Origin: Anthoceros angustus
Lineage: Eukaryota > Plantae > Anthocerotophyta
Reading direction: 5' to 3'
Length of the DNA stretch: 64,000 nucleotides
Assembly: GCA_010909165.1 (NCBI GenBank)
Contig: MU008178.1
Location: 446,369-510,368 of the forward strand
Shown here in pieces: positions 1-11,052 of the stretch; position 1 is the first letter of the stretch, and every line of letters starts with the position of its first letter. Position numbers and translations under genes: made by a program. The notes beneath the pieces are model-generated. The model had not been told where the DNA came from. It worked only from the letters and a program-made list of their open reading frames with translations, and ran no database searches.

Positions 1-3000
1 GCCGCCTACCATCCTATTCCTCCCTCCTATCTCCTTGCGGTGGGCACAGGAAGGTCACAGGTTCCGTCTATTGGTGGTCCAATCTCCCGTCAGCGTTTTG
101 CGCGCACCCAATCGGATGATCGCGGTGGGCCCTTCCTCTTCCGGAATCACAGCCGAGGTTGGGCTCGGCGGTGGCGCCGTTACCACGTCTTCCCCAGCCC
201 CGGTGGGTCCCCTCCGGTGAGACCGTGGCCTCCCCGGCGTAAGTCGGAGGGACTCCTCCTTGCTTCCCGAGTCCGGACCTCCTCCGTTGCTCTCAGGGGC
301 CTCTCGTCAGACTCTGCCGCCCTCCGGAGTTCCTCCGGCTCACACGTTCCGGTCGCTCGATCTTGGGCGGCTGCAGACACGGGTCCGTCCCCAAGCTCCG
401 GACCCCTTATCTCATGGACCTCATCGCTAGGCCTCATCTCACCCACCCACCCTTGTCTTGGGTCGGGTTGGTTTTCCTTCCGCGCCTTTCTGTGGCCCCC
501 ACCTCTATCCTCCCAAAGGTGTGGACTTACCCCGAGGTCCGTTGTATTGGCTGGCCCCGCCTCCTCCCGAGGCTCTTCTCCCTCGCCTCCAAACAGGCCA
601 CTAGGGTCCCCGTGCTGTCCCCATGTCCTTCATCCCCTTCTGAGCCTTCCGGGGGTCCGTCCGTTTGTAGCGGGCGCTGAGAGGCTTCCAATGCCTTAAG
701 GAGCTCAGCGTGGTAGTAGGCAAAATCCGAGTCAATTTGCTGGATTGCCTCTTCCACATGTGCCCGGAGCACCCGATACTCCTTCGCCATTGGTGCTCCG
801 GGAGCTGAGCGTGCTGTCCGGCTTGCTGGACCATCTCCCCTGCCAGGTTCGTTAGCTGGAGCCGGGCCGAATCTCGCGAGGCCACAAGGGACGCCTCGGT
901 CACCTCCTGCAACCGCCGCTGTTCACCGCCCAGCCTCCGCTGCTTCCGCCTCCGCCATACCCCGCCATAGCGCGGCGCTCCCTTCCGCCTTCCTTAATCG
1001 AAGCCTTCTTCTCGGCCCAGGCTCTCGCCTCCTGCTCATCCCGCCTTTAGCTCCGCCATCTCCTCTCCAGACGGCGGGGCAACTCGCCTGATTGCGTGTT
1101 TCCCTGTGTCCTTCTCCATTTCGGCGACGCCCCGCCTTGTTCCATCGCCTTACCTCCGTCCGCCAATGTAGCCGGAGCCGCTTATCTCTCGCTCGTGATC
1201 CGTGATCACGCCCCGCAGACCATTCCGCTAATGGTAACTTGAGCCGCAGCCTGTGGTCTCTTGCGGTCTTCCATCTCCGCCGTTGCTCCACCTCGCGCAT
1301 GGAGTCAGGAGATCCTCCATCTCCTTGTCGCGGGCTTCCTTCTCCTCGGCATGGCTGCCTGGCCCCGCCTCCGCCGCCTCCTCGCCTCCTTGTTCCATCG
1401 CCTCCTTGTTCCATCGCCTCCTCCACCGGCCGATCACGCCGATAGTGATCGCGGTCGGCCTTAGCAGCCCGCCTCCTCGCCGCCACTGGCTTCGCCACCA
1501 GGCCGGTCCACCGCCGCCCAGTCGCGAGCCTTCTGCGCGCTTCCGGGCCTCCTCTGCCTCTGTGCGCTACCCCTCTCGCTGCGGAGGTCTTGACCGCGCT
1601 TGGGCCTCTGTGCTGCTTGTTCACCCGGTGAAGGAATTTAGTCGTCTGTCGAATGGACGGACTTCCCTTCGGCCTCCGCTTCTTCGATGCGGCCGAGAGC
1701 TTCCGCCTCCTCGCCTCCCGGGGCCTCCAATTGCTCCCTCGGAGGAGCACCATGCGCCTCCTTGTGGCTTCCACTCGGGGTCTTCTCGTCCCGCAGAGAC
1801 CCTCAGCATACCGCCCATGACTGACCCGCCGTGTCTCTTCCACGGCCGCCACCGGTGAGGCCCCAAAAGTCCGTAGTGGGAGCGGCATCTCACGGTCCGC
1901 CAAGGACCTCCATACCGCAGTCCGAGCGAGTCCGACGGGTTCTCGGACCTAATCAGTCCCTTAGGTCCCGAGTGCCGAGGTCCCGAGCTCACCTCCTTGG
2001 CCCTCTTGGCCGCCAATTTTTATTCGCCTCTTCGCCCCGGGGCCTTGAGGTGAGGGGTTCGAGCCGACCCCTTGCCTCCGGCCGGGCGATGTGACTGCCC
2101 GTGGGTTGCCGCTGACCTCCTCGCCTTGAGGGGCTCTCGCCTCTTCTCACCGCCTCTTCACCGGGGTGGGCAAGGTGCACCCCGAGGTGCTGCGCTGGCG
2201 GGTGGCACTGCCTTCCGCCTCGGGTGCCCGGCGAGTTCGCTGGGCTCTCGCGGGTGGTCTGGCCGAGCCGGGCCGCCTCCTCGTCAGACCGGCCGCCCGG
2301 GCATTCAAGAGGAGGAAGCGGGGATATCTTCCACACTTCCCTAGGTGGTGAGGGGGTCCGCCTGCACGATGGAGTCCCAGATCCTCCCGCCGCCTCCTCC
2401 CGACCTGCTTGGCCCTAGGGGTCGGGCCTCTACCTCAGGCGCCTTTGCCCGCCTCGCCTCGTAGGGCCGCCAACCCTTCCCGAGCGCCCGCCTACCTCCC
2501 CATCCTTCAGAGGTCGAATGTCCCCATACATGGATCGGTATGGGGATAGTCCCGACGGAGGTGGCTTCGCCTCACCAGGGCCTCGCTGAACTCGCGAAGA
2601 TGATCCTTCCTCCTCGCCTTCTTGCCGCAAACGCATGCAGAACACTAATAAATTATCACCAAGGTGATCCACCTTGGTGAGCAAGTTCCAGTGGACAATG
2701 ATCCGCCACCGCCTCACCCTTCCGCCAGCAGTCCGACATCAACCAGGTTGTTGCTCCGGCTTCAAGATCGCCGCCGCCGCCTATCTTTCCCTCGCCTTGA
2801 GGGGCTCGGGACTCGCCCCCAACCTCCTCCTCCGTTGGGCGGTTGTAAGCCGCCTCAGACCTCCAAGGTCCACCTCCTGATCCTCCCGAGGTTCTTGGAC
2901 GAACCTCCTTGTTGGCCGCCAACATCTTCCGGCGAACTCCGGACCGGTGGCTTCAAATGTCCGAATGAGGCTGGAACACGTCTAAGTGCCACTCTTCGAC

Positions 3001-4950
3001 CAATCCTCCCGCCTCCTCCATACCCGATCGGGAGTGAGTCGGGGCTGGGTTCTCGGACCTAATCGGGTCCCTTAGGTCCAGTTGGAGTGGGGCTTCACCC
3101 TCCTTAGCCCTCTTGGCCAATTCCTTATTCGCCTCTTCGTCACAGGGCTCGGAGGGTGAGGGGTTCGGCTGACCTTGCCTCTCCCGGTCGGCGGCAGGGG
3201 CTCAGTTCTTGCCCGGTGACCTCCTCCTCCTTGAGCGTCCCTTTACGCCCTTCTCACGCCTCTTGACCTCTTGCCACTCAGGTGGGCAAACGAGCACCGT
3301 CAGGAGTCTTTGCGTTGGCGGGTGGCACCGTCTTCCTCTTGATTGCCGGCGAGTTCGTCGGGGCTCCTCTTGGGTGTGGGTGGTGGTGGGTGGCCGGGCG
3401 TCTCTGCCTTGCTTTCCGTGAGGCACCGAGAGGAGGAAGCGGGGATATCTTCCACACTTCCCTAGGTGGTGAGGGGTCCGTTCGAGTATGAGTCAGTATC
3501 CTTCGATCGTCCTCCTCCGGACCCGTTTGGCCCTAGGGGTCGGGCCTCTACCTCAGGCGCCTTTGCCCGCTTCTGGTAGGGCCGCCAACCCTTTCGGGCG
3601 CCGCTCTACCTCCCCATCCTTGAGGAGGTAATGTCCCCATACATGGATCGGGTATGGGGATAGTCCAGCAGTGGCTTCTCGCTCCTCGGCTTGTGGGCCT
3701 CTGGTGAACTGGCGAAGATGATCCTTCCCAGTCAGCCCTCTTGCTGCGCATGCGGGAACATTATTATCACCAAGGTGATCCACCTTGGTGAGCAAGTTCG
3801 ATGGACAATGATCAGACTCGCCTCACCCCTTGTCGGCCGGTGCATCAACCAACCGTTGGTTGTTGGCGTTCAGACTTGACATCGCGCCCTTCGCCTCTAT
3901 CTTTCCCTCTCGCCTTGAGGGGCTCGGGACTCGCCCTCCTCCCTGGGCGGTTGTAAGCCGCCTCGGGACCTCAAGGTCCACCTCACAGGATCCTCCGGAG
4001 GTTCTTGGACGAACCTCCTTGTTGGCCGCCAACATCTTCCCGGCGAACTCCGGACGGGGTGACAACTTGTCAATGTCGAACTGGAACACGTCTAAGTGCC
4101 ACTCTTGACCAATCCTCCCGCCTCCTCCGTTGGCCCAAAGTCCGGATAGCCGTTACAATGTTGCGCCTACCAGTTCCATGGCTCCCATACCTCCGCAGCC
4201 TTCTTGGGTCCCATCGCCTTCTTCTCCTTTCTTCGTAGCCGATTGTCCGAGATCGCTGGCACGATGCGCCTTCACGCTCACGCCCAACCCCCAACGTGAG
4301 CCGCCAAGATGCCTCGAGCGCTGAGAGATAGCGCCCGGGCGGGTTGCGGGCGAGCTGCGGTGTCTCGAGGTCGCCGCGAAATGACCTCCTCGTCGGCGCG
4401 CCGTTGGAAATAACGGGCGGGAGGTGCCTCTTCTGTCCGTAGCGCGGTGCATGGCCTCGACCTTACGCGCGCGTACTGCGGCCTTCTGTTGCCGCCGGTC
4501 GCGGGCGTGAATACCGCTATAACGGCCTGCAAGGCTACGGCCCGGCTCGCATGCCCGACCTCCACTGTGGCCCACGTGGCGCCGCTCGATCATCTTCACG
4601 ACTCAACTTCTAAATTACTTTCCTGGCGTACTTATCTGTTTTGACCGAGGGTCGGACTTATCCGATACCCCGGCCCCAGGCTCGTCAGAGTGGTACCGGG
4701 TCCGCATTCCACTCCGGAGTCCGAGTATACTCCGAGCACAACCGAGCACCGTCGCGCTTATTCCTCCTTTTCCGCCTTATTTTACTCTTCGGACCTACGA
4801 AAAAAACAAAACCCCACTTATTTCCTAACCCCCAAGGGAAGTCCGTAGCCCACAACACACAAGTGCGTGCACCCAAGGTCAAGAAGGGCCTGGGAGCATG
4901 AACCCAAATGGTTCATGCCTCCTAGTGCATTCCTAGACGGTTCATCCAAA
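1..4950 (-). mobile_element. Decayed pol-less retroelement-like unit (family D, copy D') with one long frameshifted minus-strand ORF: a doubled 'ADWGRIIF...GLSPYxIHVWGH' domain, then coiled coil and low-complexity tail; runs off the left edge
   Basis: Colinear with 16859-21720: position 1 GCCGCCTAC matches 16859; shared peptides MLAANKEVR, KVDHLG, EASLVASRD; both contain GGTTCATCCA at the right end. No RT, integrase or transposase motifs. Confidence 0.7.
1920..4130. repeat. Diverged tandem duplication, period about 1.1 kb, doubling the family-D domain
   Basis: GGAAGCGGGGATATCTTCCACACTTCCCTAGGTGGTGAGGGG at ~2314 and ~3435; TTCTCGGACCTAATC at ~1940 and ~3051; GGAACACGTCTAAGTGCCACTCTT at ~2973 and ~4083. 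Confidence 0.85.
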
Positions 4951-5455
4951 GAAAAAAAGAGCAAAAAGTCTAAAAAACCCAAAATCCCCCTAAAAAAAAT
5001 TACAAAAAAGTCCAGGTTTTTGATACAAGTGCGCGCACTTGCTCTAAAATTTTGACAATTTTTTTCATTTTTTGTATTTTTTTTGATATTTTTGTTGTTT
5101 TAAAGGGGTTCCGACGCTTTTCAACCTTTTTGTGCAGCTCCCTAATGTGGATATGTTCTTATCTTTACTTAACCTCATCTTTTTCTAGTGGTTAAAACTT
5201 TGAACTAGTAGTGAGAACCTTTTGCATCTTTTGAATCTTGAGGCGTTTGGCGTGGCCTCCAAGTGCACCATGCCACTCTCATTCTCGCACTAGATGTGGA
5301 TCAAGAGTATCAGGCCAAAGAAGATATTATTGTCCCAATGTCTAAGGAACAAAGTCTCAAATTCCTTTGAGCGAGAGTATAGTCATAGGATTGACTAGTA
5401 TGAATGAAGTAGAAAGCAAACAAGTTTGCGCGCACTGCCCAAGAACAACTCTAAA

Positions 5456-6914
5456 TGTTTGTATCGTCCAACACCGCAATGATTGCGGATGTTGGAAGCT
5501 TAGATGTAAGGCGCCTGCATAAGTTTGCGCCACAATTTTGTGTCCATGGAAAAAAAGTCAACAAGAATGGGACTTTAGGTTTTTGCCACGTACTTGCAAT
5601 CTACAATCTCAAATAATGTGTATCAAAACAATCATTCAAAAGGTTGCGGGTAACGTGTCTGCAGAGAAATATCAAAAAGACTGATTATAGTGCGGATTTT
5701 TTCAAGTGCAAAAAGGGGTCCGGCCAAGTCCGTGTGCAAAAAGGGGTTTCAGGAGAAACCCCTTTCTACCGGCGCCCCCTGGCATCCAGGAACCTACACA
5801 CTCGCCAAACATAATACATGACCTAGGCGGAGGTTTTGTATATTTTGGATTACGGAAGATGGTTAAGGCTCAGTGGAAGAGGTGCTAGTCCAAGGCATCG
5901 GTTTGTTGTATGCGGTGGGTTTCATGGACTTCGCCTTCGCTTGTGGTATGGCGTGTTTGTATCGTCCAACACGGCAATGATTGCGGATGTTGGAAGCTAT
6001 TAGATGTAAGTGCGGCGCATAAGTTTGCCTTGAATTTTGTGTCGATTTGAAAAAAAGCGAAAGAATGGGACTTTAGGTTTTGCTTGCAATCTACAATCTC
6101 AAATAATGTGTATCAAAACAATCATTCAAAAGGTTGGGTAACATATGCGAAATATCAAAAAGGCGATTATAGTGCGGATTTTTCAAGTGCAAAAGTCCGG
6201 CCAAGTCCGTGTGCAAAAAGGGGTTTCAGGAGAAACCCCTTTCTACCGGCGCCCCCTGGCATCCAGGAACCTACACACTCGCCAAACATAATACATGACC
6301 TAGAAGCTGAGGTTTTGTATATTTTGGATTACGGAAGATGGTTAAGGTTTGTGTGAAGAGGTGCTAGTCCAAGGCATCGGTTTGTTGTATGCGGTGGGTT
6401 TCATGGACTTCGCCTTCGCTTGTGGTATGGCGTGTTTGTATCGTCCAACACGGCAATGATTGCGGATGTTGGAAGCTATTAGATGTAAGTGCGGCGCATA
6501 AGTTTTGCCTTGAATTTTGTGTCGATTTGAAAAAAAGCGAAAGAATGGGACTTTAGGTTTTGCTTGCAATCTACAATCTCAAATAATGTGTATCAAAACA
6601 ATCATTCAAAAGGTTGGGTAACATATGCGAAATATCAAAAAGGCGATTATAGTGCGGATTTTTCAAGTGCAAAAGTCGGCCAAGTCCGTGTGCAAAAGGG
6701 TTTCGGGGAGAAACCCTTTCTACCTGGCGCCCCGGCATCCAGGAACCTACACACTCGCCAAACATAATACATGACCTAGAAGCTGAGGTTTTGTATATTT
6801 TGGATTACGGAAGATGGTTAAGGTTTGTGTGAAGAGGTGCTAGTCCAAGGCATCGGTTTGTTGTATGCGGTGGGTTTCATGGATTCTGTCATCGCTTGTG
6901 GTATGGCAGAAGCG
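5456..6914. repeat. Three tandem copies of a ~480-bp unit in the transposase 5' region
   Basis: TGTTTGTATCGTCCAACAC at 5456, 5954 and 6434; copies 2 and 3 are almost identical. Confidence 0.95.
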
Positions 6915-8726
6915 TGTTTGTATGTGTGAAACTGGGAACGTGTTAAACTTGGAAGCATGTGAAACTTGGAACGTGTTTTGCGATGTAAAATATCAGCCGC
7001 TGGAGGCACACTGCACCGCAGGAGGAGCGGGAAAAATGGCAAAACACCGTGAAAAGAGTTGTGGAACCGGAGTACATGCTCCTCGCTATAGACTAATGGA
7101 CCAAGAAGACCGAGATTCCACACTTTGCGTTGGCCAAAGAATCTTGATGAGGACCGCTGTATCCGTGCACGAGGGTTGCATGATCCACAATTATACGACG
7201 CAAAGAAGAGTGTTTTGCACTATGCCAATTTGAGGAGCGATGAATCGACAATCGGGATTATTCAAGATGTTATTCTTAATTATAAAGGAGTGCTACCCAA
7301 AGTGCTCTATTTGCGACTTGACAACACTTGCCGGAAAACAAGAACCAGCTGTTGTTTGCGTATTTGAACATGCTAGTTGATATGGGAACTTTTCAGAAGG
7401 TGAAGGTTGGGTTCCTCCTAGTTGGGCACACTCACGACCAAATCGACTAGATGTTCTCCTGCTTTTCCAAAAGCTTGAAGCACAAGGAGGCACACACTCT
7501 TCCCGCGTTGTCAGACATACTGGTTCATGCATACACGCCTACACCGGAGATCAAAGTTTTGAAGGAGGTCCCGGACTTCAGGTCATATGTATGGCCGATT
7601 AGACAAGGCGATGGTCGCCAGCATATTCATCGGCGGTGAGAAAATTGAACAACTTATCTTTCCAAAGACCGCTTTAAAATCACCAGAGAAGACAAACCGC
7701 ACTGTGGTGTGATGAATTAGGAGCAAGCAATATTCGACATCGATGTATTGGGAAACCGAAGCGGTTGGAGTTTTGAAATTTGTCCCTCAACGACATAACA
7801 AGACGGGCCGGCCTCCGGCTCGAGACAAGAAAGGGACGTCGGCGGGGTTATCTCGACTAAGGAGTGGCACATTTGAGAGCGGTCTGGGAGCTGCGCCATA
7901 TGTGACGGGAAAGATATGGATGGTGGGAAGCATTCTGGTGGACCAAGAAGAAATCGCAATAATCGTGGAGAACAATATTGGGCTCGCACTAGAAGCCGTG
8001 GAAATGGTTCTCTCGAGCGAATCGAAGAAACAGACAACCACTCCAAGTTCCGATGAAGCTATCCTAGAGGCGTTGCTAAGAGAACTCCCCAACGGATATG
8101 TACTTGGGGCCTTACCAGCTTGGAAGGCAGCAGGAAATGGCACGCTTGCATGGAGATGTAAAAGACATAAAGGAAGGGATGTTCATCGCACCTTGTACCG
8201 CCGATACGCATAATCGGCCTTTCCGGATTGGGAAAGTTAATCGTGAGGTTGGATGTGGAAGAGCCTCATCGTTCACCGGGGACCGAGCACAGATGCATAT
8301 GAAGTATACGTGGAAGAATATGTGATTCGGACCCATCCACCGAGACACCGGGATTGGAAGGAAAAAGGGTGGGAAGGCAAATTTCAAGAATGTTCAAGAA
8401 GTCTTCATCAATAAAACCGCATCTTGTATTATGGGTTCGGTTTGAATTCCGTAAACATCTCTATTCCATTGACAAAAAGCGATCGTGATAAGTTGAATGA
8501 ATTATGGGGCTTCATCGAGCCACCACCCAAAGTGCACAAGATAGTGACGAAGACGGTGAGGACATCGGGCCCTTGGACATGGAAGGTGTCAATTCGGGAG
8601 ATGAGTGAAAAGATGTATGAAGTGGAGGCAATGTTGGACATCGGTAGACAAGAGGGTTTACTCTCCGATCGTTCCCGCCAAGTGTTAGGGTCAAAGTGGG
8701 GAGCTCGCGTTAGTGATAGGGAATGA
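6915..8726 (+). pseudogene. Transposase catalytic core plus C-terminal extension (Tudor/PWWP-like RPFRIGKV, chromodomain-like MYEVEAMLD), with many frameshifts
   Basis: DNxxRENKN and FLLVGHTHDQID motifs read across frames; ORF fragments 7125-7367, 7451-7639, 7743-8213, 8098-8325, 8424-8726. Confidence 0.65.
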
Positions 8727-8803
8727 CCTTTTTGGTGCTATCATTCGGTGAGTGGAAGTTGAAGTAGGAGTCACTTCTCGGCCGTAGGATTCGCGACATG
8801 GAC

Positions 8804-8847
8804 AAATGGCGGGCGCGCCGCGCCCGCCATTTTTCACCATCCTCTAG
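8804..8847 (+). other. Perfect 13-bp GC-rich hairpin followed 11 nt later by CTAG|T (Helitron-like 3' end)
   Basis: AAATGGCGGGCGC (8804-8816), loop GCC, GCGCCCGCCATTT (8820-8832); CTAG 8844-8847, then T. Confidence 0.45.
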
Positions 8848-9799
8848 TAGCATGGAAACCCCTTTTCCGCACTGGGCCCTATGCATTGTACATTTTGTTC
8901 GCCGACAATATGAAAACCCATCCGTACACGCATAAATCCTACATCGTGGAACTGATAGTTCGTCGCCCACCGGCGCCACGGCGCTTGCCAAAAACAAAAG
9001 ACTATGGGTTACGGGCGGACGGTTCGGAAAGAAGCACCATTCTTTTCCAATGATGACTATGAAGATTGCCTACAATGTCTTCAAAAGACCTTGTTTATTT
9101 TAGATCAGACTCAACAACTGCTCCCTTTTAGTCCTTCCGGTACTTATGGTAAGCAATCATGGGTCGTATTTTGCCAAATTCGATGGCGAACTCGCTAACC
9201 CCTTTGTGTGATGGAGACACTGCTCCGGACGTCATTTCCATCCATTATGCACCCTTATTTTTAGGCTTTTTTGGAGCGATGTTGCCCAAAGGAACTGCAT
9301 GCAACCCATCCAAAACCCCCTTCCGACCATATTTGGATGAAAACCCCCTTAGTGTATATTAACCCCCTTCAAGGATTATCATGTTATCTGCTTTGTGATT
9401 GGGCATCGACATTTCTGCTGTTTGGGCAGATGTTGAATAATTTTCTCGGCTGAGATGTGTTGTTTAGATTCTCATCACGTTCTGTGACTTGGCAACCCAG
9501 CTGAAGGCATTGAGATTATCGTCAAGCGTCCTGCACAACTGTCTATACCTGAATTTCACAAATCCTTCCAATGTACGTAATGTAGGCACGGCTGTGTTTG
9601 ACCCTTCGGTTATATGTATCCGTGGGCGAGTATATAAATAAACAGAGAGAGATGACCTAGCCATTTACTCTCATTCATAGAGTCATCCAAATACAACGCC
9701 AACAATTTAAACGTTTAAACAGTAGCATCCCTGCACAGTGGTCAGCACAAAGCAACCAAAGACCGCAGGAATAGTAGCAACACATACACATTGATCACT

Positions 9800-10252
9800 A
9801 ATTGATTCCCCTTGCTCTCCCTTCAACATGCAATTGCTGCCCGTAGCTTTTTCGTCCAGCCTAGGCAGAAAGATAGTCATTCATTCAGTTCCCAAGGGGC
9901 AATCCCGTCAACACATCCTTGTCTCGCAAAGCAGCTGTGAAAATTAGCTCACGTCTCCAAACAGGGGTTTGAAATGGCCTTACCCCACAAGAGCAAAAAG
10001 TTTGTCACTTATTAACACGACTGCTTTTGCATGACGTGCTGTAGGTGGGCTGCACGAGCCCCGTTGTGAGATGATAGTGCTTTTGTCAGTAGATTGTGAT
10101 ATGTTATTCAGGCACAAGAGTGTTGCGTGCTTGATGCTCACTGTGCTGACTTTATTCGAGGGGAGCCCTTGAGGCAGCAGAGAAATGGAGCTGCTCACCC
10201 TGCTTTGCTTTATGGGCCAAGTGGGAGATGAGGTGGTGCGGCTACGGGCCAT
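9800..10252 (-). pseudogene. Spliced gene relic of unknown product, copy 1 (S/T/R-rich transit-peptide-like N-terminus)
   Basis: MARSRTTSSPTWPIKQSRVSSSISLLPQ aligns with 35528 MALSRTTTTPSWPKKPPMKQSRVTSSIPPLPQ; GTAAG...CAG intron ~9983-9934; the next exon aligns with 33470-33600. Confidence 0.5.
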
Positions 10253-10495
10253 CCCACAAAAATAAACGAATATGAGAAGCAGGCATTGCACAAGTTGACA
10301 TGAGTCCTTGTGTGAGGCTCAGCCTGGCTTTGCAAGAGAATTCATGAATTCTTGCTTTGCTCCGATGTTTTGAATCGTTTCTCAACTTAAGGGCAGCGAG
10401 GGAATAGCCATGATGTTCACAACGATATCACACGTTCGCAGCCTGGCAACCTAGTCCAAGGCCTTGAGATACTTGTCTTACCTTCTGCACAGCTG

Positions 10496-10747
10496 TAAAG
10501 CGGTCACATATTACTGGCAACGCATAGAATGGAGGTGTTTACTGATACATGAGAGCTTGTTCTTATACTGTATAGAGTTGGTTCTTCAACCGTTCACACG
10601 GTTATGACGCATAACTACATGCCCATCTCGCAACTAATCACTTATGGGTGTATGCACAAAATGTGCCCTAAAGTATGTATGCTGGCATGGCCTAGAACCC
10701 CAACGCTAAACGTTGATCCATGTCAGACACTCTGCTGTTCTCCAACA
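10496..10747 (-). repeat. 3' LTR of Copia A
   Basis: Near-identical to 32927-33173 except the last ~35 bp; adjacent PPT reads GAAGGGGAG|TGTTGG on the minus strand. Confidence 0.92.
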
Positions 10748-11052
10748 CTCCCCTTCGCTGCGGATTCAGGTCCTGATACATGGCCTCCATCTCCCACGCA
10801 TGCTTGAACCTGGTCTTGAGTGTACCTACCACCCCTCCAGCATGCGAGTCACATAATCCACGTAGTGAGCGCAAAGATTGAAAGTCCCGAGCAAGGAGGG
10901 GTACCCAAACGCAGAATGGTGAAGGCTAGAGTTGGGAAGTGTGGAACGGGTTTTTGCATCCGAAGATGCAAAGAGGCCACATTTACCCTCTATGTCGTTA
11001 TAGTCCTAAGATTCGATCCCAAGGGAATGGTTTTGTGTCAAGATGTTCTAAC

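Larger units (their letters stand above)
5400..9390 (+). mobile_element. Decayed Sola-like DNA transposon (DDD transposase of the DUF7869 type)
   Basis: Frameshifted motifs YMLLAIDxMDQxKTEIPHF (~7073-7128) and LPKVLYLRLDNTCR-NKN...KVKVGFLLVGHTHDQID*MFS (~7293-7460). The right end matches elements at 60850 and 62925 in reverse orientation. Left terminus not found. Confidence 0.7.

Noticed and set aside
40-4600. Many long Arg/Pro/Ser-rich ORFs on both strands (also 16400-21300 and 43177-44892)
   Set aside because: Shadow frames of GC-rich, stop-poor or frameshifted sequence.
5095-5130. TTTTTAAAGGGGTT as left TIR of the Sola-like element
   Set aside because: Match to the right end is too short and there is no TSD.
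8804-8834. Hairpin plus T-run resembling a rho-independent terminator
   Set aside because: Eukaryotic transposon context; a Helitron-like end or chance is more plausible.
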